Below, piece after piece: positions 1 to 13,230 of a stretch of 64,000 bases of DNA; the first letter of the stretch is position 1; each line of letters opens with the position of its first letter. The stretch spans positions 73,844,001-73,908,000 of the forward strand of contig NC_087437.1 in the NCBI RefSeq assembly GCF_036321535.1, read 5' to 3'. The DNA is from Camelus dromedarius. Taxonomy: Eukaryota. Under the pieces are notes generated by a model, which made no database searches, was not told where the DNA came from, and saw only the letters and a program-made list of their open reading frames with translations. A program made the translations under genes and the position numbers.

Positions 1-300
1 TTTCTAACTTTTTTCCAGTTATAAATAATAAAACCTTGAACAGCCTCAAATATAAATAAATAATTCATAAATCTTTGACAATCGTGAGTACTGTGTCAAA
101 GGGAAGAAATATCTGTAGTATTCTTGATTCATTTTCAAATAGACTTGCAAAAGTTTATCCTAACTTACATCCTAGAAAGATTAACAAGTACTTTCTGATA
201 ATGATTATATTTCTAATTTATTTAAAAGTAGGTTATATATTTATTCATTTTCCCCTAGTTATCTGTTATTGCTGTGGATCAAGTTCATGACTTAAGTTGC
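1..300 (-). mobile_element. Highly diverged L1M(E) ORF2 3' fragment, antisense
   Basis: T-rich text resembling the antisense L1 ORF2 end (gtcaaaggg...aaatagacttgcaaaagtttatcctaacttacatcc); weak similarity only. Confidence 0.35.
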
Positions 301-1125
301 TCCTTTCAGTAGTTATTCTACTTCTGTTTTTTTTTTTTAATTTTTATTTTGCATCCAGCATGACTATTTAATTTTAGTACAGAAAGTAACCTATTTCTAA
401 GCTTGTTTTCTCATTCCTATTATTAAAATTAAACAGTTACTACTTTTCCTATTTGTGAAATCACATAAAACACTGAATTTTGTGAATATAAGTAACACTG
501 ACCTAAACTTGATGAGAGATGAATAAAATGCAGTTTTAGACCAGCCAAGACAGTCATTCGAGAAATAGTGATAGGCTGAACTATTGAAATTGGGTTTTGT
601 GCACACCTTCACCACAGATAATTCACTAGCTCAAGGATAGCCTGAACATTTTTATGCTTTCTGCAGATGGTGCCCAGTACAGTTATTTTTCTGATATAAT
701 GCATATGGTGATGTGGTATAAAGTTTGGCAGACAATATAAAATAATACATAGATTTGTCAGATACTACCAGAAATAAAGAGAAATATTTTCTCCTCTTTC
801 CTTTTTGAATAAATAGCAGGATTTAGTTTGTCATACTTGTGAAAATTTCTTGATGAATCTTTCCTAGGTGCCAATGTTTCAGTTTTGCCCAACCTGCCAG
901 TTTGAAACCTCAAAGGGCATTTGGCTATATCACTGGAGACAGATAAGGAAAAGGGGACAGATGGATCACTAGGGTTACGTGTAGTGCTCAATTTGGGAAA
1001 CCACCTGAAAGCTGAAAGGGGGGGGGGAGAAAAGGTGAAAGTTCATGCCATAATGAGAGAAGAGAGACTTTTATTTTAAAAAAGGAGAGAGACATTTAAA
1101 AATTAAATGAAATAAAAAATAAGAT

Positions 1126-1226
1126 GGGGAGGGCATAGCTCAGTGGTAGAGCACATGCTTAGCATGCATGAGGTCCTGGATTCAATCCCCAGTACCTCCA
1201 TTAAAAAATAAAAATATAATAATAAA
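1126..1226 (+). mobile_element. tRNA-Ala(AGC)-derived SINE, camelid Vic-1-like
   Basis: GGGGAGGGCATAGCTCAGTGGTAGAGCACATGCTTAGCATGCATGAGGTCCTGGATTCAATCCCCAGTACCTCCA then A-rich tail. Has an A box, a degenerate B box and an AGC anticodon loop. Related copies at 33827 and 44478. Confidence 0.9.
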
Positions 1227-1738
1227 GAAACAGAAAGAAAGCACGCAAGAAAGGAAAAGAATAGCTTCTAATCTGTGGTGGAAAACACATGAATGAAGAG
1301 CAACCGACATTGCTTCCACGGCAAAGAACATTAACATGGCTAAAACAACCACTGCTCAGAAGAGCAGACTGCAGCTTGCAAGCAGATGCAGTTTTGTTTG
1401 GGCTGTAAGAATTTTGTATCTTTTTCCTTTCTGTTGCTTTTTCTCCCCTTTAGTCCTCTGTCCATTTGCTGAGCCTATTGTGGATTTATATCCTATAGAA
1501 ATTTTCAGTGTATGGAAATGGCAATCAAATCCTAAAGGCATTCACAGTTTTGAGCCCTCTCTTGCTAATAAATAGATCTTGGATTTATCTTATTATGGGG
1601 TAGGAATGTGGAGGAATCTGAGCAAAGTTTAGATCCTCCTTTTCAATAATGCTCCCAACTGCTTTTGAAAAATCTAGATTTATTTCATATTGTATAAATC
1701 ACTAGCCTCTCCATAGCCTCCTCATTTAAAATGCATTA

Positions 1739-3308
1739 CCATGCTCTTGGATTGGAAGAGTTAATATTGTTAAAATAGCCATACTGCCTAAAGCAATCTA
1801 CAGATTTAATGCTCTCCCTATCAAATTACCCAGGACATTTTCCACAGAACTAGAACAGATAATCCTAAAATTTATATGGAACCATAAAAGATCCAGAACT
1901 GCCAAAGCAATTCTGAGGGAAAAGAACAAAGCTGGAGGCATAAACTTCCCAAACTTCAGACAATACTACAGAGCTACAGTAATCAAAATAGCATGGTGTT
2001 GGCATGTAAATCAATGAAGTTAGAACACTCCCTCACATCATACACAAAAATAAACTCAAAGTGGCTTAAAGACTTAAATATAGGACAGGACACCATAAAA
2101 CTGCTAGAACATAGACAAAACATTTTCTGACATAAACCATAGTAATGTTTTTCTAAGTCAATCTCCCAAGGCAAAAATAAACAAATGGGACCTAATCAAA
2201 TTTATAAGCTTTTGCACAGCAAAAGAAACCATAAACAAAATGAAGAGACAGTCTACAGAATGGGAGAAAATATTTGCAAATGATGCAACCAACAAGGGAT
2301 TAATTTACAAAATTATACAAATACAACCCAATAATAAAAAACAACCCAATCAAAAAATGGGCAGAAGACTTAAACATCTGTCTCCAAAGAAGACATACAG
2401 ATGGCTAATAGGCACATGAAAAGATGCTCAACATCACTAATTATCAGAAATACAAAGTAAAACTATAATGAGTTATCACCTCACACTGGTCAGAATGGCC
2501 ATCATCAAAAAGCGTACAAATAATAAATGCTGGAAAGGGTGTGGAGAAAAGGCAACTCTTCTACAGTGTTGATGGGAATGTAAATTGGTGCAGCCACTAT
2601 GGACAACAGCATGAAAATTCCTTAAAAAACTAAAAATAGAGCTATCATATAATCCAGCAATCCCATTCCTGGGCATATATCCAGGTAAAACTTTAATTCA
2701 AAAAGATACATGCACCCCAATGTCCATAACAGTACTATTTATAATAGTCAAGACCTGGAAGCAACCTAAATGTCCATCAACAGGTGACTGGATAAAGAAG
2801 ATGTTGTGTATATAGACAATGGAATACGATTCAGCCATAAGAAAGAATGAAATAACGCAATTTGCAGCAACATGGGTGGATTTAGAGATTATCATGATAA
2901 AGGAAGTCAGACAGAAAAAGACAAAGGTATGATCTCAAAAATATCATGATATCCACATATATGGAATCTAAAATATGATAGAAATGAACTTATTTACAAA
3001 TCAGAAATAGACACACAGACATCAAAGACAAATTTATGATTACCAAGAGGGAAACATGGTAGGGGGAGAGATAAATTAGGAGATTGAAATTAGCAGATAC
3101 AAGCTACTGTATGTAAAATAAATAAAGAACCAGGTCCTACTGTATAGCACAGGGAAATCTATTCTATATTTTGTGATAACCTGTAATGGAAAAGAATAGG
3201 AAAAAGAATATATGTATATATATATATATCTGAATCATTTTGTTGCATACCAGAAACTAACACAATGTTGTAAATCAACTATACTTCAATTGAAAAAATA
3301 AATAAAAT
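1739..3308 (+). mobile_element. 5'-truncated LINE-1 (ORF2 C-terminal part, 3' UTR, A-tail), inactive
   Basis: Translates from 1739 as [31 protein letters not shown]. Cys-rich segment [25 protein letters not shown] at ~2525-2601. TSD AAAATGCATTA at 1728-1738 and 3309-3319, at a TTT/AAAA endonuclease site. Confidence 0.95.
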
Positions 3309-4015
3309 AAAATGCATTAATTCCTGAAAGTTAACAAAGTTTCTATTTTGTGAGATCTTCCAGACAATATTGACAGTTTGGCCAATGCAGTTGTTGAGTT
3401 TCATACAGCAAAAATGAAATATCCTCTTACTGATATTTCTGTAGTATTTCACACATTGGTAATATTGTTTTGAAATTAAACTCTGTTAGTCTCAGTTTTG
3501 TTGGAGCCCCCTGAACATTTTGAAATTAGGTGAGAACCATCATGCAAGTGTTGCCCAGGAGGTGGACAGTTCCAATCTGCGGATCAATTCCTCATCCACG
3601 TTTAGGTCTAAATTCCTAAATGTCAAGTTGGATGTTGGAAGAGGATTTTTGGAAAGAACTGTCGTAAGCTCTAATTCATCTCTACCTTAATGCCCTACCT
3701 CTGGAGGAGGGATGGGTGATCCTTGTCCCTCACATCAAGTATTATATGTGTTCCCTGGAACTCGGTGAACTAGTGTCTGACTCACATCTGAGAAGTCTAA
3801 AGGATACAAGGCCATGTAACTATTCTGATGGCAGTCTGAAGAGGGCTTAAAGAACTGGGTGCTCTGCACCTCAAGGGCTGTTGGGACAAAGGCTGCCCAG
3901 GCATTTTCTATGTGCCCAGTGAAGGAAAGCTGATTGTATACATGTTCAAAGAAACTGAAAAGGCTAGAAAACCCCAACAGCTTGGCAGTATGAGAGACAG
4001 TGTCCATCACTGACA

Positions 4016-4040
4016 GTGGTGGTGGTGGTGGTGGTGGTGG
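4016..4040. repeat. (GGT)n microsatellite
   Basis: About 8 tandem GGT units. Confidence 0.95.
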
Positions 4041-4055
4041 GGAATGAGTGGGCAT

Positions 4056-4342
4056 TGTCAAAGAGCAGGAGGGGCCTGGAGCCCATGGAATCAATGACTA
4101 GCCAGGAAGGCAAGGTAGATTCCTGGGGAGGGCACCCGTGCAAGTGCACATGTGAGACCTGCCTGGGGGTCTCAGGGAGGATTTTATAGCACTGTGCATG
4201 TCCGGGCTTCTTGGCTTAGGGCCGAGGACCAGAGCAGCCAAAGTTGCAGATGTATAAAGTAGATGGAGAGTTTGCCCCAGCAGGTGAAATAGCACATATA
4301 AGGCCCTGAAGATATACTTCACAGGTTGGCTTAAAATCATCA
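4056..4342 (-). mobile_element. Possible old LTR remnant
   Basis: GC-richer segment bounded by TG...CA, with minus-strand GCTATAAAA at ~4182-4190; family not recognised. Confidence 0.3.
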
Positions 4343-5059
4343 CTGTCCTCTTCTTATGAAGAGTTCAGTGGGCAGAGTTGAGAATGGACTAAGATGAGGG
4401 ACTTGTGAACATCTTTTTCCTGCTAAGGACAAGACATAAAATTTTGAAGAATATAGAGTCATAAAACAGTCTGAAAGTGCTATCTTTTGGCCCAGATTTA
4501 ATCTATTAGTAGAGATGCACTTATTTGGAATTAAAAATATAAAACTTAAATCCGAATGTTCTCTTGGGGTATAGTACCATCTTTTGACGTACAATCCATA
4601 CCACATTCTTTTGCTGGTAATTATGTGTTAAATTATAAAAAGAGGGGATATAAAACTCGGTGTACTTTGTGCCACTAGGACACATTTGGCCCTAGGTAGT
4701 CACAAAAATTAAATGACTGAAAAATCTTAAAATGTAACGAGTCATACCTGAGAATGTTATGAAGACTGTTAAAAGTCTGTGACTCAACAATAACAAGCCT
4801 AGTTGGGTGACAGAGACAGCTGAGATTTGTAGATTTTATTCACCTGCCTACAGGAAAGGTCTTTTAAAAATAGCCCCTTTCAGATAGCAGCAAAAGTACA
4901 ATGAAATACCCTATTTATTCATGTTTCAACTTGAGTTTAAAACCAAAATCCACTGTAAGAATTCTTTACACAGACATCACCTTTAAAGTCTGAATCTATA
5001 AAGTCAAAACAATGGAAATTCTCTAGGATGATTTCTTTGAAAATAATAATATTAATGAT

Positions 5060-5340
5060 AATACTAATGCTACAAAACAACCATAGTTAACATTTCTATG
5101 TCAGACCTATTCTAACCAACCTTCATATATTAACTTCTTTAAACTTCAAACAGCTTTATGTATTTGGTACTATTGTTACACCTCTTTTATAGAATTTTAT
5201 ATATATTCTCAAATATATATATATTTGAGTTCTCTAAGGCTTTATATATATACATAAAATATATATATATATGTGTATATATATAAAGCCTTAGAGAACT
5301 CAAATAACTTTCTTAGAATGCCAAGTTTAACAATGACCCA
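5060..5340 (-). mobile_element. MIR SINE interrupted by (TA)n and an inverted duplication
   Basis: gtactattgttacacctcttttataga ... aagccttagagaactcaaataactttc matches the antisense MIR core (attttacagatgaggaaactgaggctcagagaggttaagtaacttgc). Confidence 0.7.
5222..5306. repeat. Perfect 33-bp inverted repeat with 19-bp AT spacer
   Basis: TATTTGAGTTCTCTAAGGCTTTATATATATACA (5222-5254) is the exact reverse complement of 5274-5306. Confidence 0.95.
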
Positions 5341-7639
5341 TAATTTTTTACACGTACAAGTTCTGCCAGGTATAATTCCGATTTTTCTTAAAAAAGATAC
5401 CAATATAATAATGTAATTTTGTATGATACCAAGTTCAAATAAGGTAATGTCTAAGAAAAAAGTGTGTAATATGACACACAAATATGCGATGACACCACCA
5501 ACTTATGATGTAGTTCTAATCTCTGAGTTTAGGACTGCTGAAATAGGAACTATAAGGGAAATCAACCAATAAATCAATTACTGCACACACACAGAAAGAA
5601 TCCTGGATTTCTTCTAGGCCAACGTTGCTGTTAACCCACAGAGATTGTGGTAATTTTATAATGCTTACATTTGATGGGCAGCTGCTGGTACTGTTAGGCC
5701 CACATTAAATTCTACTTTTTTCTTTGAGGTTTAAATCCATCTACCTTAGTAGTACACACAGCAGCCCTTGATAAATCCTCATAAGGGTGAGAGAATGACC
5801 ATGATCTCAAATAGGCAGATGCTAATTTTGCATTGTTCTCTGGGATTAGCCTCAACTGTGCCCTTCTCAGCTGTCCCAGCTCCTGAGCCACTCCCTTGTG
5901 CAGCCTGGGAGGCAGAGGAGAGAGCCCTGCAGAAACTGACAGCAGTGCCTTAAGAAATGAGAGGGTCAGAAAAATGCTTAGATTTTGGTATCTTCTGAGG
6001 AGGAGACATGGGGAGTGAACAGAATGACTGCAAGGTGACAGTGGTGGCCATAGGTAGCTGGGAAAAAGAGGTAGATTCTGTGTTTATTAAGCATGACGGT
6101 GTTTATCAAGCGTTAATGGGAAGCAGTTTATAAATGTATATCTTCTAACATGTTTGGGTCCTCTGTGAAGATCAGGTCAGTCATGACCACCAAAGGGACA
6201 TTACTCTTGGGGCAATTAAAAGAGAATTCACACTCAGTGCATATACAGTAGCAGAGGGAGCTGAGAAATATTTAACTTTCATTTGTTTTTTAAATACATG
6301 CATGTGCCAGGCTGTGATATGCTGGAGATTAAAAAAAAAAAATGCGAGGTGCCTAGGATTGTAGTCTTACTTTTCAGAAATTCCAGTTAGCTATTTTAGC
6401 TCTTGCTGAAGACTCATAGGGAAGAGTGTCTGTTTATTTATGATAGACTGCGTGGATGAAGGCCAAACTAAGAGCCTAAAGTCACTGTGGGCTTTTGTTT
6501 CAGTTTAGAACCTCGGCCACGAGTTTGTGTGGCGAGATTGCTTTGCTCATAACTTGATGTTGCAAGGATCCACGTTGTCTCCCAGTCCTTGCACGAGTAA
6601 CACCGTCTTGTTTGTGGTTCACACATCTCTCTCCTGCCAAGTGTAGGACAGCCTCCTTTTATATAGAATGCTTTATATACATATTTTCTGCTGCTTCTGA
6701 GTAGTGACAGACTGCTTTGTGATAGCACAAACACAACACTTCTCCTTCGTCAAATCCCAGATGCTGTCCGAGGCATAAAAGAGGAGAAGGCTGGGGAAAG
6801 GTAGCTGGCTGTTTCCATTAAAGGAAAAAGAGAAATTGTCTTGAACCTAGTCAGGGAAATGCTGCAACAGCTGGCCAACTATTTTTGTGTTTTTTTTTAA
6901 AAAAAAGCTCCCTTTGTACTATTGGAGAGATATACCCAAACATCCTGAGTGTGTCATCACTATTTATATGTGGCCTCGAGGGGCCGACTCCACAGTGTAA
7001 ATTTGCAATTTTAAAACTGGAGCATATGCAGAGCTGCTTTATTTGGCTCTGCTTGGGAAGACAGGCTGTTACTGGGCAATATCACTAGGTAACCAAAGAG
7101 GAGGCGACAGAGTTCAAAACTCCTTTTCTTAATTTAGGGGAAAACACACTTAATTGTTCTGCAGCTTGTTATTTGCATTGTATGCTATTTGTTAAAAGCA
7201 TTTTTTTTTTAGCTGACTAGGATCACTATTCTAAGTAAACAGTATCATGAACTATAACACCGACAAGAACAAAATCCCCAAAGCTTTAAACGAGGACGTG
7301 AAAAAGTCCTGTAAATGGGTTTACCTAATAGCAGGACAAATTTAGGTCAAACCAGACAGCTCAAGATATTGCCTCCAACTCTTCGTAGTTTATGTTCTGA
7401 TTATCCATTTTGCAGCTCTGCGCTGTATTCTGTGTGGTCTACAAGCCATCATAGCAATATTCAAGACAGGAAAGGGAATAAAATGCAAATGCCCCATACA
7501 TGTGTATTACTGAGATGTGGTTCTCAAACTAGGCAAAAGTAATGGTCTCAAGTTCAGACTTCCTTATAGAGAAAAGACAAAAAAAAAAAAAGGTCCAGAA
7601 TGTGTTAGGAGATATCCATGTCTTCTCTTCCCCATCTAA

Positions 7640-7875
7640 ATATTGATCTGTACTCACTGTTTCATTTTTCTTGCCGACACTTACTCTTTTCACCCTAGTC
7701 TGGCTTCTGCTTTCAACACTTACTGAGATTGTTTCCTCAACTATCAGAAAATCCCACCTAATTGCCAGACACCACTCGACCTCCCTGTAGTGTCTGACAC
7801 CGCTGTCCATGGGGTTGCCTGGAAATTCTCTTTTCGTCTATTGCTTCCTTGCAGTGGTCCTCCCTCTTCTCTAAC
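7640..7875 (+). mobile_element. L2 LINE reverse-transcriptase fragment
   Basis: agtctggcttc...actgagattg...ctcgacctccctgtagtgtctgacaccgctgtccat resembles the QSGF/STETAL/LDLSAAFDTVDH motifs of L2 RT. Confidence 0.65.
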
Positions 7876-7894
7876 TGAAGCAACGATGTGTGTG

Positions 7895-8095
7895 GAACCA
7901 GACTGTGTTCAAAGAGCTATGTGACTTTGGGCAAGTTACTCAAAAACTTTGAGCTTCAGATTCTCTGTCTATAAAATAGATGCAGTTATACTAATAACAC
8001 CATCAACTATGACCACCTACGTGATGTTCATGAGACTTAACATGAGTTGATTCGTGTCGAGAGTTTATTGCGTGCCTGGCAAATAGTAGGTATTG
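7895..8095 (+). mobile_element. MIR SINE
   Basis: gctatgtgactttgggcaagttact...ttctctgtctataaaatag...gtgcctggcaaatagtagg. Confidence 0.85.
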
Positions 8096-8459
8096 TCTTA
8101 AACTAGATTGTGTTTTCACTCTATCTAATGAAGTTTAGTTTTGATAAGATATTGTTCTGAAAAGCTGTTTTTTCCCTTGAGCTTTGTGTCTCCTTCCTGG
8201 CTTACACTTTAATTTATCATGGTTCATAAATGTGACCTCTTTCCTCCTGGGATCTACTCTCATATCTTTAAATTTGCCAGAACTGTCTGGTGGATGTGCA
8301 AGAGGGTCAAACGTATATGCCAACACTAATCTCATCCATGTACGGTTTTCCAGACATTATGCCTGGCTCAAGAGCACTGTTGGCCCAAAAGCTCAATAAT
8401 TTTTAAGTACAGTGTTCTTACATCTTCATGTTTTTGTCCCTTGAAACTTTTGGGTATTG

Positions 8460-9600
8460 CTCCAGTGAATTCTGGTGTTGAATAGTGCTGTTGACAGTGT
8501 GTCTAAGGACGATCTGAATTTTTTTCCTCTGAGTGACTTAGGTCTTCTTTTTTTTTTTTTTTTTTTCTTGTATGGATCCTCAAAAGATTATTTTTTATTC
8601 ATCTTTATCTTTGAAGTCCATTTTACTAGGATATGTGTCAGTGACCATCATTCTATATAAAATAATCTTTTCTAAACACACTATGCTCTTTTCATTTGTA
8701 AATTCAACTCTTTTTTATTTTTAGAAAACTTCCAAATTTATCTCTTTAAATATATTTTTTTCTCTTGGAAGTTTGATTTTTTTTTTCAGGGACATTTATA
8801 TTCATGCAATATTTCCTTTGACTGTCTTCTGGATCTCATATTTGCATTATAAACTTTTACATTTTTATTTTGCTTACTGTTTTCAATTCTGTGTTTTTAT
8901 CCATGTCTACATATATATTGCCTCTATTTATGTTATGATTTGCCTTTCTTTTATACTTTTTCTACCACGACCTGTTAGCTTATATTTTACGTCCTCCTGT
9001 CTCATTGTTGCTGCCCTGAGTTATTGCACCTCTGCTGTGACTTTTCTTGATTTGTTATATTACTTAAATCCATGGAAGCATGCTATTCTGTAGTAATATT
9101 TTCCTTCACTTATCATTTATTTTCCTTGTATTTTCCATTATTATATTTTCTAATGGTTTCCAGTTTATTTTTAATTATTTCTCATCTCCAAATGTGATGA
9201 GTTTAACAAGATGATTTAATTACAGCAGAGTCATTAGAAAAGTGAGCAGCATCGGGTTCCCAAATGGTGGGGACTCTCCTCAATGTACCTGACGATTCCT
9301 TATGACAGAGCTATATGCGTTTTGTAAACTGTTTCTCTTCTGCAGCCAACAGGATTTGTAGCTACAAGGATTGTCAAGATTCAGAATCTCTTCCTAAACG
9401 ACATGTGCAAATCTCTTCCCTCTGGAAACAGCAAGATTTCAGTCTTATCGCCCTTGTTGCTCCGGGTGCCACTTCAAAACCCAGCAAAGAATGTAAGGCC
9501 AGTTACCAGGCAATATTTGTATGGTTCCTGATATGGACTCAGGGTGTTTCTCTTAAAGTGTACCATCTTCTGTGGGCAGCTATGCACAAGCTGATGGCTT
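8460..9600 (-). mobile_element. Old L1M/HAL1-like ORF1 and 5' region, antisense
   Basis: Very T-rich, with gctgttgacagtgtgtctaaggacgatctgaatttttttcctctgagtgact resembling antisense ORF1 of ancient L1/HAL1. Confidence 0.45.
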
Positions 9601-11809
9601 GAGATCTTGAAATCACTTGGTTTTGTCATCTTTTTATACCTCTTTTACCTCTACTGCATCGTTTTCCACACATTGTAGTTTGGTTTATAAATATCTTTCA
9701 CTTCTCTTAAAATGAGACTTACTCTGTTTCTTATTCTCCTTTCTGACACGCTTTGCAATGGAGAAAGGGATAGGACCATTTTTTCCCACGATTTAAATGT
9801 TGGAAGTTAACATTTACACTTAGATCTAAGCTATGCTAAAAAATACTTTCTCAGAAAGACAGAAGAATAGTTTCACTCCCTTTTATTAAGATTAGATTTC
9901 CAGTCCAATTCAAATGTGTGCGTTTTTTATGCAATTAGAAATGCACAAAGGAAAAAATGGCATTGCAACAAGTAAATGCCAGTAATTTGGACAATAAAAA
10001 TGCTGGCCTTGAGCATTTTTGAGCATACAATGGGTTTAATCCTTAACTGGATTTTAGACTGGAAATACTTTAAGGAATTAGAGGATCATTTTTTTAAAGT
10101 AGCTGTTTAAACAAATTTAATTGCAAGTAAATAACTCAATTGGTACTCAAAGGTTTGTATACTACCATGTACTAAGTATTATGCTGAAATGACAGCAAAG
10201 CAAGTGCATAATTTCCTGTAGTGGTAAAGGAATTTACTTTTTGTTAGACCAATATGTGTGCTTACAATGTGAAGATCTTCTATCCAGCAACAGTTTAATG
10301 CTATTCTGAGGCTGATGGGAATTCACTTTGGCATTTCAATCTCAGCTGTGTCACAAGGACTTTTCCTTTCCTCTGGTTAGTTTCGTAACTATTTTATGTA
10401 TCTGTGATGAATGAATGTCCCCAAAATGATAAATTTAAGGCAAATCATTTGTGTTTTTGTTTTCTCTCTTTACACATAGGTTTGGAAGTGAGTGATTCCT
10501 TGACTATGTCATGATGAAATAGGTCCTCTGTGCAGAACCTGTAAGAGAGACTGAAGGAATCAAAACAAAAAAAAGGAAACACTAGCTACCTGATTATTTA
10601 TAAAAATAGCAAATGATACCTGGGAAAAATGGATTTCTGCTTTGGAGACCTTCTGCTTGGTGTGCTCCTTATTATGTTTGAGACCCGCTCTGTTACCTGA
10701 AAAAACTGTTCTTCTCTAGACTGTTTTTCTTTATGAACCGTGGAGGGAAATTGTCTTGATAAGGCAGTTCATAACGACCATGAAATTTCTGCAAGAAGAT
10801 CAAAGTTCAACATGTACTTTGAGAAACATGGTGTGGTTTTTCCAAGGATCAGCTTTCACTATTCTCAGACTGATAGATTCTTAGTGGTTATTGTGAGAAG
10901 GAACTTAGACGAAGATGTGACCAAAAGAAACATTGTCTGGGGACAAGCTGTCTCAGGAGATTAGTAACAGGAGACAAGGAAATTTTAACCTCAAGGTCAA
11001 CAGCTCCATCTATCCCTCGTCAATAGTAGCCAGGAAGTCATTAGAGTACAAATGGGGGCTAGTTTGCTAGGAGGAAAAAGGAAGGCGATCCAACCTTGCT
11101 CTTCAACCCTATTTGTATCACAAGTCTCAGGCTGAAAATAAGAGGGAATTTACACCCGTACGCAAGCACACACAAACCCACAAAGCCACACACATACACA
11201 CACATATAGGAACAGAGCTGGAAGACGTTCATAGGTATATTAAAGTACTCCTGCATCATTTATGAATGATGTTAGATTTCTTCTTTTAGCCAGTTCCTAT
11301 TTTCTAAATGTTACACAATGAAATATATTATTTTTTTGTTGTAAAAAAATTAAAACCTTTTTCTCAGGCTTGATTTTTATAGAATTAAAAGATAATCCTA
11401 TCATCTTTCTACATGTTTATCTCTTTAGATCCTGTCTTTAAAATACTTTGGGCAGTAACTTTTCTGAGAAGCCTTCAATCTTGTCTTAAGTAGCTGGTCC
11501 AGCAGCTAATCTTCCCAACTTTCTCATTATTTAGTACTTATGCCTCCAAATTGGCTATCGAAATGGGTTAAACTGTTATACCTCCAAAAACCTACAAGGG
11601 ACTATTTTTCAAATATTTTTCAAATTCAATATTATTTTAGAAAGTTTTCTTCTTTATATTTGACTTAGTTCATCTTTTCATGAAAAACATACTTTTCGGG
11701 GAGAGTGAGTATGTGCTCATTAAAGTCTTAGTACAAGGCTTACAATAATAATTTAAAAACAAATCCAGCAGGCCTCTTGTTTCTCAGAGATAATAACATT
11801 CAAAATAGG

Positions 11810-12210
11810 TTTATTTATTTACTCACCAAATGAATGAAGACCTTCTATGTACCAAACAATGTTCTAAGTGCTATAAACTAATGGTGAGAAAGCTTATAAA
11901 AGTCCTTTCCAATATGAAGTGCACATTCTTGTGGAGAGGACAACAAATAGAAGAAGAATAAATAAATAATATATTATCCATTGGATGGTGGTAGGTGCTT
12001 AGAAAAAATAATGGAGCAGGGAAGAACATATAAAATATTCAGAGGGGGTGAAATATTAGATAGATTGTCTGGGGAAGGCTTCATCAAGGAGTGACTTTTG
12101 TCACCTCAGGAAAGCCAGTGAGTTAGTCAAGAGGTTATCCAGAGGCAGAGGTTTCTGAGCAACAAATGCAAAGGCCTTGAGGCGGACATGTGCCCGATGA
12201 TACAAAGAAC
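11810..12210 (-). mobile_element. L2a 3' fragment
   Basis: ttatttactcaccaaat...ctatgtaccaaacaatgttctaagtgct...ggaaggcttc...aaatgcaaaggccttgagg. Confidence 0.8.
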
Positions 12211-12859
12211 CCTCAATTATTCATGTTCCCGCTAGTACTTTTCTACATAGCTAATCAATCAGTAAGGTTTATTAATATTAGATGTGTCTACTGAATCCCA
12301 CCCATATACGAGTCATTGGTTCTCTGCTACACAGCTGCCCTATCCCACTTGTCTTCCCTTGTCCCCTTGCACTGTAATACTAGAATGTTAGGTTAAGTAG
12401 ATTGTCAGTTTTTACATTATTTTGACAATGCAAATAATATTCATAATAACTACAAAATTTTTGCATGATTTAATTTTTTAGAATTGGTAACTACCTAATT
12501 TTTCAAATGCCTGGCTTGTAATGCATCTGTGATTAATATTTTCCCAAACACTTCAATATCCCTATTTAATGCCCATCATAATATTCATCATTTACTGCCC
12601 CCGGTCTTTTCTGTCTTTCTTATTCAGTGAGACTCTTGCTATGCAGACCTGCTGCCATTCACCAGGCAGCTTTTTGAGCCATTCCAGGATTCCCTTTGTT
12701 GTTTGCTGGTGTTGAATCTCTTGTTACCTCGATCTCATCTCTTCCTTTTTTGGCATTTCACGTTTCCTACTGAGCTATCCAAATAAACTTCCTCTCTTTC
12801 TTCATTGGTGGCTGATCTGGCAGTTGTTTGTGCAACTGCCTTTTATTACTTACTGTTTA

Positions 12860-13230
12860 CTTTTCTGTCACTTGTAACCCAAGGTACCCTAGGAAATACA
12901 GAATTTAAAAGACTATTTCAAATCTCTTGTAAGGAGAAGTCCTGAAGTAGTTTGACTCCATGTCTGGTTAGTCCAGTGGATCAACAACAACATCCTGGAC
13001 CCAAATTTTGTGCCCCATCTGTCTACTTGCAATTTTGGTATCTTCCATCATGGTCATAGCTGGCTTAATACCACTAGGCATCACCAGAATTCAGAGGAAG
13101 AGAAAGATACATTTTTCTTATGTCAATATCCAAGGGGCTTGGATAATGTCTCCTGTAAGATTCATTAGTTTATCCAGAGAAGAATCTTCTAATCCTTACC
13201 TGTGACAAGGAGAAGTGGTCAGGTAGCAGG
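12860..13230 (-). mobile_element. Old MaLR LTR (MLT1J/K-like)
   Basis: cacttgtaaccc...caacaacatcctggaccc...catcatggtcatag...ggcatcac resembles reversed old MLT1 LTRs. Confidence 0.45.

Noticed and set aside
1129..1200. Functional tRNA-Ala(AGC) gene
   Set aside because: Acceptor and T stems are mispaired, the B box is mutated (GATTCAA), there is an A-rich tail instead of a T terminator, and related dispersed copies exist, so it is a SINE
2476..2895. Minus-strand ORFs resembling database 'hypothetical proteins'
   Set aside because: They are antisense translations of L1 ORF2
3735..4149. ORFs with poly-Pro and poly-Thr tracts
   Set aside because: The tracts come from the (GGT)n microsatellite; no protein resemblance
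10451..10546. Acceptor TACACATAG followed by GTGAGT 8 nt later, plus an opposite-strand acceptor at ~10540
   Set aside because: The 8-nt exon is frame-breaking with a weak donor context; nothing distinguishes it from chance pseudo-sites
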